Part shown: piece by piece, positions 48,301 to 60,426 of the stretch
Layout of the letters: each line of letters begins with the position of its first letter
How positions within the stretch are numbered: position 1 is the stretch's first letter
Virus record (IMG/VR): IMGVR_UViG_3300021964_000020
DNA length: 64,000 nt
Reading direction: 5' to 3' (one strand)
Source: an uncultured virus (IMG/VR IMGVR_UViG_3300021964_000020)
Lineage: Duplodnaviria > Heunggongvirae > Uroviricota > Caudoviricetes
Made by a program: the position numbers and the translations under genes
Notes under the pieces: generated by a model
Told to the model about the DNA's origin: nothing
Seen by the model: only the letters and a program-made list of their open reading frames with translations
Databases searched by the model: none

Positions 48301-50573
48301 ACGTTTGGTTGTGTCACAACCGTTGTGAATGCATATTCACATCCATTTGAATCTTTTACATAAACAGTTTTAGTTCCCGCAGATAAGTTTGAATATGTTT
48401 TAGGGAATGTTGGACTCTCATAAGTACCTCCTGTACCTAACTTAACTTCATATCCACCACTACCTCCTGTTGGTTGTGCAACTGTTACTGATCCGTCACC
48501 CGAACCATTACATGTTAGGTTGGTTTTTGTTAAAGTCGTTGTAACAACAGTTCTATTTAGTGTTTTAGAAACTGATTTTAAACATCCATTTTCATCTCTG
48601 ACTCTAATTGTATATGTCCCATTAGGTAAACCTTCAAATACATTTTCGCTTTGCCAATTAACAAGGTCTTTTGAATATTCTAATTCTCCCGTACCTCCAC
48701 TTGCAGAAACCGTTATAGATCCGTCGGAGTCGGAGTTACATGTTGGTAGTGTAAAGTCTTGTATTAATATAGTAACCAATGATGGTTCTGATATCGTACC
48801 GTCTACTGTTCCAACCTCATCATTAGAATCTTTAATGTAAACTGTATAATCACCCGCAGGTCTGCTAAATGATGTGGATGTCTGATAATTAACACCATCT
48901 AATGAATATCTGTAAGGTGAATCCCCACCTGTTTGTGTTGCAACCGCAATTGTACCGTTTCCACCATTACAAAGTGGATCCGTAATAGTTAAAGTACCTG
49001 AAACAGTGATGTTTGTGATGGATATACTAACAATTTCTTCTCTATATAAACCACCTTGGTCAGTAGATCTTACCCTGATTGAATAAGAAGATTTTGTTTC
49101 GTAATCAAAAACTTCACTACTTTTAAGTACCGCCCCATCTAAATAGAAACTACCATTATCACCTGAACCCGTTCCATTTACTAATGTATAAGTAAAGGTA
49201 TTACTCGAATCGGGATCCGTAGTTGAGAACGTGCCGACTGTTGATCCTGTTGGTGTGTTTTCATCAATGGATGAGTTAGATAATGTTATATCGGTTGGTG
49301 TTTCATTAACATCCAATACTGTTATCGTAAATGTATCTGTATATGTGTTGTTACCACTGTCCGTTACGGTGACTTCTATTGTGTACGAAGATTTTGATTC
49401 GTAATTAAATACAACTGCATTTTTAAGAACACCCGTACTTGTTAAGGTAAATGATGCATTATCGTTACCACTCCCTGTGAGTGAGTATGTAAAGGTTTCA
49501 CTTGTGTCGACATCTAACCCTGTAAATGTACCGATTGTACTACCCGTAGGTTTATTTTCTTGTAGTGTGTTATTACTTAATGTTAAACCGTATGGTGTTT
49601 CATTTTGGTCTAACACATTAACATCCATGTTTTGTTGATATGAGAGACCTCCCTGATCTTCAACATCAACCATAATTTCGTATTGGTTTTTAGTTTCATA
49701 ATCAAAGACAACCGCATTTTTAAGAACACCACTACTTGACAATGAGAATGATGAGTTATCGAGTTGTCCACTAACTAAAGACCATGTATGTGTATCTCCA
49801 ACATCAGAGTCACTAACCACTAAAGTACCAATAGTAGTACCTGTTGCGGTATTTTCTGTTTGTTCTAACGGAGCTGAGGTTATACCTCTTGGTGCGTCAT
49901 TAATTTCAACATCCACTCCGAAGTCACAATTTGGTGTGGGACTTGGAGTCGGTGAGGGTGACGGAGATGGTGAAGGTGATGGACTTGGGGTTGGTGGTGG
50001 CGTTGCACTCGGGGTAGGACTTGGTGATGGTGATGGACTCGGAGTAGGACTCGGAGATGGTGATGGACTTGGTGTCGGTGATGGTGTCGCACTCGGTGAT
50101 GGTGTTGGTGTAGGTGTTGCAATATCAGTATCTACTCCGAAATCACAATTCGGTGTTGGACTTGGGGTCGGCGAAGGACTCGGAGATGGACTTGGTGATG
50201 GTGTTGGAGACGGGCTTGCCGTTGGATTAGGTGTTGGTTCAGGAGTTGGTGATGGGGTCGGTGAGGGTGAAGGTGAAGGTGATGGACTTGGACTCGGTGT
50301 TGGGGTTGGGGTTGCGGTCGGTCTTGGTGTTGGTAAAATTATTTCGTCATCAATAGAACATGAATCGTTATATAATAATACAATTGTTGCGGTATCAGGA
50401 ACTGACACCCTAACACCGTTTGTACTTGTTAGGTCTGTATATGTTACTCCTGTCGCATTTTGTCCTGTCGATACCCTTGTGGCAATATTTGATGGACCTA
50501 CTTGGTCATAGTATATGGTATATAAACTATGTGAGGTTCCTGATGTAATCTTTATGTCAAATATCCTTGCCAT
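45330..50573 (-). CDS. Adhesin-like protein: PT/PS linkers, 3 cadherin-like domains, ~14 SprB repeats, Cys-rich C-terminus
   Basis: EN..TG..(I/V)GT..D.D..F(D/N)YE(T/S)K cadherin motifs x3; C.G..DG.I.V...GG..Y.Y..F.NL..G.Y.I.V.D.NGC SprB repeats; 2x CDFGVD. Confidence 0.88.
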   Translation of the reverse strand: MARIFDIKITSGTSHSLYTIYYDQVGPSNIATRVSTGQNATGVTYTDLTSTNGVRVSVPDTATIVLLYNDSCSIDDEIILPTPRPTATPTPTPSPSPSPSPSPSPTPSPTPEPTPNPTASPSPTPSPSPSPSPSPTPSPTPNCDFGVDTDIATPTPTPSPSATPSPTPSPSPSPSPTPSPSPSPSPTPSATPPPTPSPSPSPSPSPSPTPSPTPNCDFGVDVEINDAPRGITSAPLEQTENTATGTTIGTLVVSDSDVGDTHTWSLVSGQLDNSSFSLSSSGVLKNAVVFDYETKNQYEIMVDVEDQGGLSYQQNMDVNVLDQNETPYGLTLSNNTLQENKPTGSTIGTFTGLDVDTSETFTYSLTGSGNDNASFTLTSTGVLKNAVVFNYESKSSYTIEVTVTDSGNNTYTDTFTITVLDVNETPTDITLSNSSIDENTPTGSTVGTFSTTDPDSSNTFTYTLVNGTGSGDNGSFYLDGAVLKSSEVFDYETKSSYSIRVRSTDQGGLYREEIVSISITNITVSGTLTITDPLCNGGNGTIAVATQTGGDSPYRYSLDGVNYQTSTSFSRPAGDYTVYIKDSNDEVGTVDGTISEPSLVTILIQDFTLPTCNSDSDGSITVSASGGTGELEYSKDLVNWQSENVFEGLPNGTYTIRVRDENGCLKSVSKTLNRTVVTTTLTKTNLTCNGSGDGSVTVAQPTGGSGGYEVKLGTGGTYESPTFPKTYSNLSAGTKTVYVKDSNGCEYAFTTVVTQPNVLNVTESSKTYPTCHNSTDGEITVSATGGTSPYEYTKDLINYQSSGTFSNLSQGTYGIIVRDANGCTDSVSVNISKVAVSATITLTHITCNGGSDGSIVISNPAGGTGADYEVKLGGGEYQPLTSEESVTHENLTAGSYRITVKDGNGCETIYDRTLTQPNAVTATTTYSNPLCHNSTDGSITVNASGGNGSYEYKLNSGSYQTSNTFSNLSTGSYTITIRDGNGCTGTTSRTLSKSQVTSSISTSNVSCNGGSNGSLTAQTPAGGNGPTYQYQWQGGTWTTFNSTKTFSNLSAGTYTFSVRDSQECTTTYTRTITQPTALVASASVTHPTCWDGSDGSVTLSSTGGTGSKLYSINGITYYTSATFSNLSVGSYTGYVKDSNACVDTVSFTLSKSKPSATVTSSNPLCNGDRGSIEISNPTGGNGGGTFSNYQVKLDSGSWINFSSTSYLFTGVSVANHTVYLRDQDECTRSYSVTISQPSAITISDSHTDPTCDGGSDGSITFTVGGGTGSKTYTLNGSATTSLSHTNLSEGSYTLIATDQNGCTASRTVTLSKSAVAATVTQSNVTCNGGSDGSITVSNPSGGNGVPYSVKLGSGSYTTTFPKTYSNLSSGTYTITVKDTDGCTRSYNKTITQPAAVTFTTTKSDPTCHDGSDGGIEVTASGGVGSYQYSKNGGSTWQTSNSFSSLSVGTYSIRVKDGSSCLSSTSSVTLSKSAPSATFNANSVSCAGGSDGGILVSNPTGANGGGTFSLYEVRLNTGSWIGFSSTSYFYTNLSSGTYTVHLRDMIGCTESYSVVVSQPTANTVLISGFVAGANGSITVTSGGGTWNKTYRLYRDTTSPYTVGGGSLVATITGVTASNPTQTFSNLAEGYYYVIVTDANGCTESSLIQSTFTKDPGGGGMIADISIRDCITDQIYYASSIEICQDGNLSLNPFEINVGDYVQYAYGTDCPHEATYCGRVSETGLGVDATAIITNQDLMDGCEDLRCFQ

Positions 50574-50612
50574 TATTAATAATATATACTTTTTATATCG
50601 TTTTTTAAATCG

Positions 50613-53600
50613 TTATACATCCGCAAAAAATTCTGTCGCTCCACCTTCGAATGTACAGTCACATAATATGTGTACATATTGTAATTCCGTCATTGTTGAG
50701 TTCCATTCTGTTATCACGAATACTGCGTTATTGTTTGTGTCTATAAATCTTATTCCTGTGTCAAATAGTTTATTAGTTCCATTTGGATTTAATGTTCCAA
50801 CTGAGTGAGAAACTGAACTAACTTGAGTTCCGACAGGAGTTACGTGTTCACCAATACATGTTGATGATGATCCACCACTATACGTTCTGTAATAGATTGT
50901 ACATGTTGTATTATCGTACCACCATTCTTTACCCGAAGTACTCACTCCTTGAGTTTCTGCACAATATCCACCCAAGTCATAAATACCCGATCCACTAATT
51001 GTCGATCCCGTACTTATGAAGATATTTTTATAAATCGCCGTACCACATTCAGGTGGACAATCCACTGATGTTGGTGATGGTGTTGGAGTAGGACTTGGCG
51101 ATGCCGTAGGTGTTGGTGTCGCAATATCCACATCTACCCCAAAGTCACAATTAGGTGTTGGGGATGGTGTTGGGCTTGGGCTCGGTGATGGTGTAGGTGA
51201 TGCCGTTGGGTTTGGAGTACTACTTGGCGACGGACTTGGACTTGGTGATGGTGTCGGTGCCGGTGTACTACTTGGTGAAGGACTTGGAGTTGGTGAATGA
51301 CTTGGTGTTGGTGTTGGTGTCGCAATATCAGTATCCACCCCGAAATCACAATTAGGTGTTGGGCTCGGTGATGGGCTCGGACTTGGTGACGGTGTAGGTG
51401 ATGGACTCGCAGTCGGGTTAGGTGTACTACTTGGTGTAGGACTTGGACTCGCAGTCGGGTTAGGTGTGCTACTTGGTGTAGGACTCGGCGATGGAGTCGG
51501 TGTAGGAGTCGCAATATCAGTATCTACTCCGAAATCACAGTTTGGTGTTGGTGAAGGACTTGGAGACGGTGATGGTGTCGGACTTGGTGATGGACTTGCC
51601 GTTGGATCAGGGGTACTACTTGGTGTAGGTGATGGGCTTGCAGTTGGGTTAGGTGTACTACTTGGTGTAGGACTCGGTGTAGGACTCGGCGATGGAGTCG
51701 GTGTAGGAGTCGCAATATCTATATCAACACCGAAATCACAGTTAGGCGTTATACTTGGTGTAGGACTCGGTGATGGTGATGGTGATGGGCTCGGAGTCGG
51801 TGATGGACTCGCAGTTGGGTTTGGTGTCGTACTTGGTGTAGGTGATGCCGTTGGATCAGGGGTACTACTTGGTGTAGGTGATGCCGTTGGTGCTGGTGTT
51901 GCACTTGGTGATGGTGTTGGTGTTGGTGTCGCAATATCAGTATCCACCCCGAAATCACAATTAGGTGTCGGAGATGGTGATGGACTCGCAGTCGGGTTAG
52001 GTGTACTACTTGGTGTAGGACTCGGCGATGGACTTGGAGTTGGAGATTGGCTTGGGGTTGGAGTTGGAGTTGCAATATTAACATCTACCCCGAAATCACA
52101 GTTAGGTGTTGGACTTGGACTTGGCGACGCAGTTGGGTTTGGAGTACTACTTGGTGTAGGACTCGGAGTCGCACTTGGTGACGGTGTAGGTGTAGGAGTC
52201 GCAATATCAGTATCTACTCCGAAATCACAATTAGGTGTTGGGCTCGGTGATGGTGTCGGTGATGCCGTTGGTTCTGCCGTAGCCGGTGGTGTTGCTGTTG
52301 GATTAGGTGTTGGTTCAGGAGTTGCGTTAGGTGTTGCTGTTGGTGTAGGGGTTGATATGTTTACATCAACTCCGAAGTCACAATCCGCAGTTGCTGATGG
52401 TGATGGGGTTGGAGTAGGACTTGCAGTTGTTGATGGTGTAGGGGTAGGAGTGCTACTTGGACTTGGTGTTGGTGTTGGAGTCGCAATATCAGTATCTACA
52501 CCGAAATCACAATTAGGAGTACTACTTGGAGTAGGACTTGCAGTAGGTTCAGGTGTGTTACTTGGTGTTGGACTTGGTGTTGGGGATGGGGATGGTGTAG
52601 GTGTTGGTGTTGTAATAATAATATCTACCCCGAAGTCACAATTAGGTGTTGGAGTAGGACTTGCGGTTGTCGAAGGAGTTGGGGTAGGAGTCGCTGTAGT
52701 TGACGAAGTCGGTGTTGGTGTTGCAATATCAGTATCCACTCCGAAATCACAATCGGCTGTTGCTGAAGGTGACGGAGTTGGTGTAGGGCTCGCAGTTGTT
52801 GAAGGGGTTGGAGTTGGTGTTGCAATATCAGTATCTACTCCGAAGTCACAGTCCGCAGTTGCCGTTGGACTTGGTGTTGGAGTAGGACTACTACTTGGTG
52901 TAGGTGTAGGAGTTGCAATATCAGTATCTACACCGAAATCACAATCTGCGGTTGCCGATGGACTTGGTGTTGGTGTTGGACTTGCGGTAGTTGAAGGTGT
53001 AGGGGTTGGGGTTGATATGTTTGTATCTACTCCGAAATCACAATCTGCAGTTGCCGTTGGGGTTGGTGAATGACTTGGTGTAGGAGTTGGTGTTGCAATA
53101 TCAGTATCTACTCCGAAGTCACAATCGGCAGTTGCTGAAGGTGACGGACTTGGTGTTGGTGTTGGAGTTGAACTTTCTGTTGGTGATGGTGATGGTGTAG
53201 GGGTCTCAATATCGGTATCAACTCCAAAATCACAATCGGCCGTTGCTGAAGGTGACGGAGTTGGAGTAGGATCTGCAGTTACACTTGGACTCGGAGTTGG
53301 AGTAGGATCTGCAGTTACACTTGGACTCGGAGTTGGAGTAGGATCTGCAGTTACACTTGGACTCGGAGTTGGAGTAGGAGTTGAACTTTCTGTTGGTGAT
53401 GGTGTTGGTTCAAAATATTCTTCAAAATCACCGTCAATGTCACAATCCTGTGTTACTGTTGGGGTTGGAGTTGGTTCAGGAGTACTTGTGCCTGTTGGTT
53501 CAGGAGTACTACTTGCCGTTGGTTCAGGAGTACTTGTAGATGTTGGTTCAGGTGTACTACTTGCCGTTGGTTCAGGAGTACTTGTGCCTGTTGGTTCAGG

Positions 53601-56600
53601 TGTACTACTTGCCGTTGGTTCAGGTGTTTCTGTTGCGGTTGGTGCCGGTGTTGCCTCAGGTGTACTACTCGCAGTTGGTTCAGGTGTTTCTGTTGCGGTA
53701 GGTTCAGGTGTACTACTTGGGGTTGGGTTTGGTGTTGCATCAGGTGTACTACTTGGGGTTGGTGTAGGTTCAGGAGTACTACTCGGAGTAGGACTCTGAG
53801 TTGGGTATGGTGTCGGTGTTGGTGTGGATGTTGGTTCGGGCATTCTTGTCTGTCCAACACAATATCTACTAATCTCATATGTGATTGAACCGTCATTTAC
53901 GATATCAATGATTTCATAACAATCATTGTTAACATATTGAATCACATTTGCACTTTGAGTGATTAATTGTATTTCAACAAAATCACCTATAGAGTAATTG
54001 GAATCGTATACCGCGTATTTTATATCACCTAAATTATAGTTACGTAATTTAAACGCGGTTATCTCATTACAATCTATGTCAAAGACAGGTCTTTCCAAGT
54101 CATTGATATGTGGTATATCCTTACAATCAAGTTCATCTTGGAAATACTGTTGTGTATTCAGATCTAAATTTTCAAACTTCTGTTCTGTGTGTTGTAATAA
54201 AATTAAATCTTCTCCATCACCGTTAAAGATAACAACAGTATCACATGGGAAATCCGTGTGTCCTGTCGGAGTATTTAATACAGTTACATTTAAATGATAA
54301 TAAAGATCTCTACTACAATAGTCCAAATCCAATGAAGTAACCTCCACCGGAAATCCAAATTCATTAATTAAGTAATCACCATTCTCATAGTAATCCTCAT
54401 CATAACTACAACATGGGTCTACACCTTCTTCAGGTCTAACTGTTAATTCTTCAGGATATTTCTCAATAAATTCAAAACGACCACTATCATTTGTTAATAC
54501 CCTTACCTTACTATTGGGAAGGACACTGAATCTATTATTAATTCTATTAACCTTAATGGACCCCATACAATCTTTATTATCGACTAAGACTGTTTGGTAC
54601 CACATAGAGAATCCATAACCCTCTATAGGTGAATCAAAGAAAGATTGTGAACCATATGGACAATCTTTGTAAGATGCCGATAGTAAGTGATCCCCAATTC
54701 TAATATCTTCTGAATTTATATATGTCGCATCCCCCGAATCAATGTGTGTTTGAATGACTCTCCAATCATCAGTTTCCCCAATGATAAGACCATCATTTAA
54801 TTTTAAGACTTTAGTATTTTGTCTAATACCATAATCGAATGTTGGTCTGTATTGAACCTTAGGATGTAATGTGTATCCAAAGTAGTTATCACAATATGTT
54901 ACTCCACTCTGAGATTCAATTGGGTTTTGATTTTCATTAGGTAAAAAAGAATCTATAGTGTAATTGAAATAATGACTCTTACCTGTGGGGTCCCACTCCA
55001 TTTTTTGTTGGAGACCTTCTATCCTGATTTTTTGATCACAGTTCGCCGCATCAGTAATGATGACATCAAAAACGTCCGTCTCTTTAACATCTCTAATAAC
55101 AAACGTACATGAATTTATACCGTTAGATACCGAACCTGAGGACCCACCCTCATCAAAGTCCGCACCCATAGCACATGGACCTAAGTATTCAACAGTGTAT
55201 CCTGTGATGGCCTCATTGTACCCACCTACACAATTCAAGAATATATTTACCGGCCAATCGGTATTGTATGGTGGACAATCAGTACATGGGTCACCGTCAT
55301 CTACAGTATCTTCATTTCCAAAAGTAATACCTGAAACTTCCAAGTAAATGTCAGAAGACAATGTACAATTATCTTCATCTTCAGGTAAAACATACATATC
55401 TCCTGTACCACGAACACTAACCTGTGGGTCACATTCGGTACTTCCTGTCAAATATGCCGATGACCAATAAAAATCAAACGTAGATGGATCGATACAATCG
55501 AAGTCAGTTTCTAAGTACTGATCACCATTGTATGGCCAATTAGGGTTTAAAGTGTAAAGTTGTACATCATATTTGTACGGTACTATCTTGATCTTTCTAA
55601 CACCATCACTATCAGTGTATATTTCAAAACTTAGTATTGGTGCAATTTCATAATCATATTGCTCACTATTAGACGTTAATTCAGTATTGAAATTTGTGTC
55701 TGTTTCAGTATTTCCCGTTGAATATTCGAACCATCCCGCATGATGAGATATCGTATCATATCCCGTGTACTTGGTTCTCTTATAGAACATTTTATTGATT
55801 TGATTATCAATAATGTCTCTAAGTTCGTTCTCCCATAAACAATCAAGTATCTCTCTCTGTGGATTCAAGTGACACTTAAAATCACAAAGAAGTGGAAGGT
55901 GTCTCGTTTTATCAAACTGAACACCATTAAAATCAACCTCCTGTATTGAGGTACAATCCGATGTTATTTCAAATGGATCAAATAATCCCGCATGTGTGTA
56001 CTGTTTTGTGATTTGATCACAAGTCATACCACTTTGTATGTTGATCGTTTCACCACTTAGGGTGATGGTATCATCACCGGTGAAAGTTAGTCCATTAAAA
56101 TCGATGTGAAGGGTATAAGTGACCCCACTAATAATTGTTAAACCTCTGAAAACATCCTTATCACCAAGGATTAGTGTTTCTAAATCTTCTTCAATTGCCG
56201 TTTCGAATTCAGGAAAAACAACATCAGTGTACTCATTAATTCGACATGGTTTTTCATAGTCATATTTTGATCTACCAAATGCATGGTTTTCAATGACATT
56301 ACCCCCTGTCCATAATGTGGTTGCGGGAACAAATTGTTCAATGATCTCAACCCAATGAGGACTAATTCTATTAATAAACTCGTTAATTGTTGGGTTACTG
56401 TATGGGTTAGGTACGGTTTCTAAATAACTTGAATAGATATCCTGTAATTGGATGTATGATTTTTGGAACCTAACCGTATGTGAGTTTCTTATTTGTTCAT
56501 TTAAAACCTGATCTAAGAATTCCGCAAACGTAAAACCTGTTTGTGGGGGTATAGTATTGGTACCAAATGATACCTCTAACTCTCTCGATTGTCTATAAAT

Positions 56601-58571
56601 GTCGTATTCAATACCCTGAGCGGAAGAAACATATATCTGTATGTTCTTTCTGTTGAGTGTTTGTGAATCTTCATCACCTAATAACTCCGCCTTTAGGTTA
56701 TCAATTGTGTTATGCAATTCATAACCGTAATCAAGACCATAAAACTGTCTATGTAAATCAAAATAATCCTCACCGTAGGTAAAGTCTTTATTTTTGGTTT
56801 TAATAATCTTAGGATTTACCGTTAAATCTGAATTTTCCTCGTCTAATTCAAGACTTGACCTGTGTTCTAAAGTTTCTTCGTACCAACCCGCACCTTTTTG
56901 GAAGAACACATCATTATCTTCACTGATGATTGGTTGTACATCACCGAATTTGGTTGTCCCTGTTAAGACTATTGGATATTCATTAGTATTGTACGATGTT
57001 GTCCCCGAAGTGACCGAAACACCATATGTAAAACCTGTTGTACTTAACTCACCTATTGTAAATGTCTTAGTACCTTGTGTAAGGTCGTAGATATCACTAT
57101 CAATGTCAATATCATTCTTTCTTACATCCTCAAATTTATAGGTGTGTTCGTTGATTTTAATCAACGGTTCAGGTGCACCAATAAATCTTAAAAAGAATTC
57201 TATTGCTTTCCTTGTACCTTTAGATTTATATATGTGGACAAGATTAATAACTAATCTTCTGTAGAACTCTATCTCCGCCTCAACGACGTTCATCCCAAGA
57301 CTTACCCCATCAAATTGACTTTCAACTCTCGAATACAGGGTTTGTTCTAATCTTTTCTCATCAAAAAGGTTTACGTTATCTAAACCTAATGTGTTGGATA
57401 GATTCTTTAATAGGGTGTCAGGTATGTTATTGATTTTATCATAACTCACATTTCTCATGTAAGCTATGTTGTCAATAAATTTCTTTATACTATCAAACCC
57501 ACCACCATAAATTTGGAATATGGACCCCATTCTTTGGTCCTCAGTATCAAATTCATTTAAAGATGCCGTGGTTAAGAACCTTGTGATGATATTGGATTTA
57601 TATTGATCTACCTCATCACCTATTGTTTTTAGTTTATCGAGATATCCCGCATATTGAGTACCTGCAATCTTAATATTCCAACCGTCTTTAAAGATCGGCC
57701 AACTTACACGTGTTATTGTGGTTTCTGTTTTTGACCCGTCTAAACTATCTTGTGGTAATTTAAATTCGATTGTGTATTTAGGGGTACTCTCTCTATCTAT
57801 AATGAGTGATTCTAAATCATCTAAACCCCCGTAGAATTCCTCCACAATTGAATCAATAGGTCTTACTAAATAACTTTGATCGTATGTTGACCCCGTAAAG
57901 GGTTTACCTTTAACTGTTAAGGTTATTAAACCATCATTACCCGCTTTTTGGTAATTGATGATATCGAATGTCTTACCCTCAACTGATAAGGTGTATTTTT
58001 TATATTTTGAAAAGAAGTTTCTAAACTCATTTATGACCTCGGGTTGTGTATTACTTTGAGGTTTATCAAGTACAATATCCAACGGATTGAATATTTTCGA
58101 CTTCTCTAATTTAAAGGTTGTGATGTGACTACCTGAATTGTAGTTAATATTCTCAGCGGTGTATTGTGAGAATGATACGGGAGTATCTGCATCAATGTAG
58201 AATCCCGCAGGAAACTTCTCAATGATTCTTTTAACCGACGCAGAAAGTCTTTTACTTAATGACCCATATAAAGTTTTGTTACCTCCGTCTTTATTGGATC
58301 TGAAAGTTACCTTCTTGTCTTTTGTTTTTTGTGATGTTGATGATTGTGTTTGTGGGGCTTCTGTTTCCTGATTTAAATCATCTAATGTTAAAAATTCAGA
58401 GAACGGAAGACTCTTAAAACTTTTATTATCTCTCTCAGGAATGGATTTTTCTACAGAAAAGTTAGTGGCAGTAAGTTGTGACGACCCATCGGTAATTTGA
58501 TTACCGACCAAGTTGTCGTTAAAGGTTTCCCTTCCACTTGCTACCTGACTTGGAACTTTTCTTTTCGCCAT
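50613..58571 (-). CDS. Baseplate-wedge-like structural protein with degenerate Hint domain and ~900-aa mucin-like repeat region
   Basis: [38 protein letters not shown] baseplate motif; Hint-like segment; P/T/S repeats with 16 CDFGVD units. Confidence 0.8.
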   Translation of the reverse strand: MAKRKVPSQVASGRETFNDNLVGNQITDGSSQLTATNFSVEKSIPERDNKSFKSLPFSEFLTLDDLNQETEAPQTQSSTSQKTKDKKVTFRSNKDGGNKTLYGSLSKRLSASVKRIIEKFPAGFYIDADTPVSFSQYTAENINYNSGSHITTFKLEKSKIFNPLDIVLDKPQSNTQPEVINEFRNFFSKYKKYTLSVEGKTFDIINYQKAGNDGLITLTVKGKPFTGSTYDQSYLVRPIDSIVEEFYGGLDDLESLIIDRESTPKYTIEFKLPQDSLDGSKTETTITRVSWPIFKDGWNIKIAGTQYAGYLDKLKTIGDEVDQYKSNIITRFLTTASLNEFDTEDQRMGSIFQIYGGGFDSIKKFIDNIAYMRNVSYDKINNIPDTLLKNLSNTLGLDNVNLFDEKRLEQTLYSRVESQFDGVSLGMNVVEAEIEFYRRLVINLVHIYKSKGTRKAIEFFLRFIGAPEPLIKINEHTYKFEDVRKNDIDIDSDIYDLTQGTKTFTIGELSTTGFTYGVSVTSGTTSYNTNEYPIVLTGTTKFGDVQPIISEDNDVFFQKGAGWYEETLEHRSSLELDEENSDLTVNPKIIKTKNKDFTYGEDYFDLHRQFYGLDYGYELHNTIDNLKAELLGDEDSQTLNRKNIQIYVSSAQGIEYDIYRQSRELEVSFGTNTIPPQTGFTFAEFLDQVLNEQIRNSHTVRFQKSYIQLQDIYSSYLETVPNPYSNPTINEFINRISPHWVEIIEQFVPATTLWTGGNVIENHAFGRSKYDYEKPCRINEYTDVVFPEFETAIEEDLETLILGDKDVFRGLTIISGVTYTLHIDFNGLTFTGDDTITLSGETINIQSGMTCDQITKQYTHAGLFDPFEITSDCTSIQEVDFNGVQFDKTRHLPLLCDFKCHLNPQREILDCLWENELRDIIDNQINKMFYKRTKYTGYDTISHHAGWFEYSTGNTETDTNFNTELTSNSEQYDYEIAPILSFEIYTDSDGVRKIKIVPYKYDVQLYTLNPNWPYNGDQYLETDFDCIDPSTFDFYWSSAYLTGSTECDPQVSVRGTGDMYVLPEDEDNCTLSSDIYLEVSGITFGNEDTVDDGDPCTDCPPYNTDWPVNIFLNCVGGYNEAITGYTVEYLGPCAMGADFDEGGSSGSVSNGINSCTFVIRDVKETDVFDVIITDAANCDQKIRIEGLQQKMEWDPTGKSHYFNYTIDSFLPNENQNPIESQSGVTYCDNYFGYTLHPKVQYRPTFDYGIRQNTKVLKLNDGLIIGETDDWRVIQTHIDSGDATYINSEDIRIGDHLLSASYKDCPYGSQSFFDSPIEGYGFSMWYQTVLVDNKDCMGSIKVNRINNRFSVLPNSKVRVLTNDSGRFEFIEKYPEELTVRPEEGVDPCCSYDEDYYENGDYLINEFGFPVEVTSLDLDYCSRDLYYHLNVTVLNTPTGHTDFPCDTVVIFNGDGEDLILLQHTEQKFENLDLNTQQYFQDELDCKDIPHINDLERPVFDIDCNEITAFKLRNYNLGDIKYAVYDSNYSIGDFVEIQLITQSANVIQYVNNDCYEIIDIVNDGSITYEISRYCVGQTRMPEPTSTPTPTPYPTQSPTPSSTPEPTPTPSSTPDATPNPTPSSTPEPTATETPEPTASSTPEATPAPTATETPEPTASSTPEPTGTSTPEPTASSTPEPTSTSTPEPTASSTPEPTGTSTPEPTPTPTVTQDCDIDGDFEEYFEPTPSPTESSTPTPTPSPSVTADPTPTPSPSVTADPTPTPSPSVTADPTPTPSPSATADCDFGVDTDIETPTPSPSPTESSTPTPTPSPSPSATADCDFGVDTDIATPTPTPSHSPTPTATADCDFGVDTNISTPTPTPSTTASPTPTPSPSATADCDFGVDTDIATPTPTPSSSPTPTPSPTATADCDFGVDTDIATPTPTPSTTASPTPTPSPSATADCDFGVDTDIATPTPTSSTTATPTPTPSTTASPTPTPNCDFGVDIIITTPTPTPSPSPTPSPTPSNTPEPTASPTPSSTPNCDFGVDTDIATPTPTPSPSSTPTPTPSTTASPTPTPSPSATADCDFGVDVNISTPTPTATPNATPEPTPNPTATPPATAEPTASPTPSPSPTPNCDFGVDTDIATPTPTPSPSATPSPTPSSTPNPTASPSPSPTPNCDFGVDVNIATPTPTPSQSPTPSPSPSPTPSSTPNPTASPSPSPTPNCDFGVDTDIATPTPTPSPSATPAPTASPTPSSTPDPTASPTPSTTPNPTASPSPTPSPSPSPSPSPTPSITPNCDFGVDIDIATPTPTPSPSPTPSPTPSSTPNPTASPSPTPSSTPDPTASPSPSPTPSPSPSPSPTPNCDFGVDTDIATPTPTPSPSPTPSSTPNPTASPSPTPSSTPNPTASPSPTPSPSPSPSPSPTPNCDFGVDTDIATPTPTPSHSPTPSPSPSSTPAPTPSPSPSPSPSSTPNPTASPTPSPSPSPTPSPTPNCDFGVDVDIATPTPTASPSPTPTPSPTSVDCPPECGTAIYKNIFISTGSTISGSGIYDLGGYCAETQGVSTSGKEWWYDNTTCTIYYRTYSGGSSSTCIGEHVTPVGTQVSSVSHSVGTLNPNGTNKLFDTGIRFIDTNNNAVFVITEWNSTMTELQYVHILCDCTFEGGATEFFADV
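51065..53845 (-). repeat. Coding Pro/Thr/Ser repeat array punctuated by 16 conserved ~30-bp units (CDFGVDxxI)
   Basis: Plus-strand GCAATATCAGTATCTACTCCGAAATCACAA-like units separated by variable in-frame PT linkers. Confidence 0.92.
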
Positions 58572-59485
58572 TATTCTGTGATGTCATCAAAGTTTTTAGT
58601 TTCATCAATTTCGTCCCTTTCTTCCCTCACCTCGAACAGTGTCTCGTTGAACTCATCTCTCACTTCAAACAGGTTGAATTGTTTGTAAATGTTGTTTTCC
58701 GCATCGTAAATTGTGTAGATACCGTCAGAAATAGATTTCGTTTGGTTTCCATAGAATGCGTGTGCTAAGGTTGACTCGTCGTGTTCAACCATTTCAACCT
58801 CGATCGTGGTTGGGTTAAAAAATGTATTTGATAGAATGATATTTTGTGACGGTTCACCAATAAATGGTACTGTGTTAGGTCTACTCGAAGGTGCCGAAGA
58901 TGGTGTTACCGTCAAAAACAAAAGGTTTGTTGATTGATCGGTGTATTGGTATCTAATTGCCTTTTGAGTAGTACTCGTTAGATTCGATGTGATCGGAGTA
59001 CAGTAAAATGAGGAAGTAACCACCCTATAAAAATTAGGTATTTTACTACCATCACTGTTTAAATACTCAATTCTATACCCTACTAAACCTTGGGGTGTGA
59101 ATTTATTTCTGTCATCAGACGGTACATTACTTAAATCGATAATAATACCTCTCACTGATGGTAAAGACGCAAGAACACCACAATCTGTTATAGATGTTCT
59201 AATTTGTTTTGGTCTTAGATGTAATGTGTAAACACCCAACTCATCAAAATCGGACGAGTCTAATTTTAAATTGTACATTCCACCTAAAATTTCAGTGTCG
59301 ACGGCATCAGTAGCATCTGTCGTATCTGAATTGTGAAAGACAGGTGTTAATACATCTTCTGAGTCTAATTTTTTAAGAAGGACAGGTGCCGTAGCAGTTC
59401 TTCCCGAAACGTAATGGTAGAAAATTTCTACATCCGCGGGTGATACATCTGCCGGTCTAACTGTCCCGTAACTACCTACTGCCAT
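58571..59485 (-). CDS. Putative virion structural protein
   Basis: 304-aa ORF coupled to the baseplate-like gene; preceded by the TATTTAT motif. Confidence 0.7.
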   Translation of the reverse strand: MAVGSYGTVRPADVSPADVEIFYHYVSGRTATAPVLLKKLDSEDVLTPVFHNSDTTDATDAVDTEILGGMYNLKLDSSDFDELGVYTLHLRPKQIRTSITDCGVLASLPSVRGIIIDLSNVPSDDRNKFTPQGLVGYRIEYLNSDGSKIPNFYRVVTSSFYCTPITSNLTSTTQKAIRYQYTDQSTNLLFLTVTPSSAPSSRPNTVPFIGEPSQNIILSNTFFNPTTIEVEMVEHDESTLAHAFYGNQTKSISDGIYTIYDAENNIYKQFNLFEVRDEFNETLFEVREERDEIDETKNFDDITE

Positions 59486-59510
59486 AATCTTTTAATTAAT
59501 AAATATTATT

Positions 59511-60425
59511 CTATTGTTTTTTAACTTGAAAAAATCCATTACCGTAGATATCTATTTCGCCTACGTTGTCTATTTCTCCAAGTCTCAAATTCATTTCTAA
59601 TACCCCTTGTTTTCCTCTTTCCACAAATACATCGGAGTAAATGTCAGGTTCGTCTATAAAACCAATAAAATGTTCGTTCCTCGTTAACATCTCATTGAAG
59701 ACCTCTTCCTTGTAAAAATTGGTGGTGGAACCTGTAATAGTCGTTGCTCCATTATTGTAATCCCTATAGGTTAAATTATCAATGGTGTATTCTGTATATG
59801 TACCCACAGAGTCAGATCCTAATGTTGTGCCTTGATATGTATTTTCACCATATCTCTTTAATTCACTTAACCTACTTCTTCCCATAGCCGCAAAGTATAT
59901 TGTTGCATCCGCATCATTATCAGTCACATCAAGGTCATTGATGTAATTCTGTGATGTGGTTATATTGGTATAGGGAATGGTAAAAGGACCAAACGTACCG
60001 TCTTGGTTAGTGACTGTTGTATTCTCAGGAACTGTAATTTTTTTAGATATTTTTCTCTGAGTCCAACTATTTTCTAATTCAATACTTACCTCGTAAGTTC
60101 CTGCAGATGGAAAAGTGTGTTGTACATATGAAAGGTTAGTACCTGTACTTACTCCAATTGTCTGTGTGTTTCCGTCACCCCAATTAATCGTGAAATTTTC
60201 ATTTCTGATTATTTTTAGTTTATCTCTATTAACAGTATTGTAAAATCTAATAGTATTACCTCCTGTATGTTGGTAGTGGAAATTGGTTATCTGTTCAACT
60301 TGTTCGATATCACCATCAAAACCAACCATACCACCCATTTCATAGGCCGTAGAACTTAAATAAACAGGTAAATTATATGTTGTACCTGTGGTTGTTTTTA
60401 ATATTTTATGGTAATTCTTTTTCAT
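59511..60425 (-). CDS. Putative structural protein with PKD-like domain
   Basis: FTINWGDG...HTFPSAGTYEVSI PKD signature. Confidence 0.72.
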   Translation of the reverse strand: MKKNYHKILKTTTGTTYNLPVYLSSTAYEMGGMVGFDGDIEQVEQITNFHYQHTGGNTIRFYNTVNRDKLKIIRNENFTINWGDGNTQTIGVSTGTNLSYVQHTFPSAGTYEVSIELENSWTQRKISKKITVPENTTVTNQDGTFGPFTIPYTNITTSQNYINDLDVTDNDADATIYFAAMGRSRLSELKRYGENTYQGTTLGSDSVGTYTEYTIDNLTYRDYNNGATTITGSTTNFYKEEVFNEMLTRNEHFIGFIDEPDIYSDVFVERGKQGVLEMNLRLGEIDNVGEIDIYGNGFFQVKKQ

Positions 60426-60426
60426 T

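Noticed and set aside
51466..53073. 535-aa plus-strand Gly/Val-rich ORF (also 49936-50511, 53437-53799, 43542-43856, 24143-24400)
   Set aside because: Antisense shadows of Pro/Thr codon repeats
51120..53240. CRISPR-like array of ~30-bp repeats with spacers
   Set aside because: Units vary at synonymous positions, spacers are low-complexity, highly variable in length and keep the reading frame; this is a protein repeat, and no cas operon is present
51134..53896. His/Gln/Arg-rich alternative-frame ORFs on the minus strand
   Set aside because: Frame-shifted readings of the PT repeats, without credible starts
54186..54830. Active intein
   Set aside because: Lacks the N-terminal Cys/Ser, block B His and terminal Asn; no homing endonuclease motifs
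12131..59505. T4 late promoter TATAAATA on the plus strand
   Set aside because: It points away from the adjacent genes; the functional reading is more plausibly TATTTAT on the minus strand
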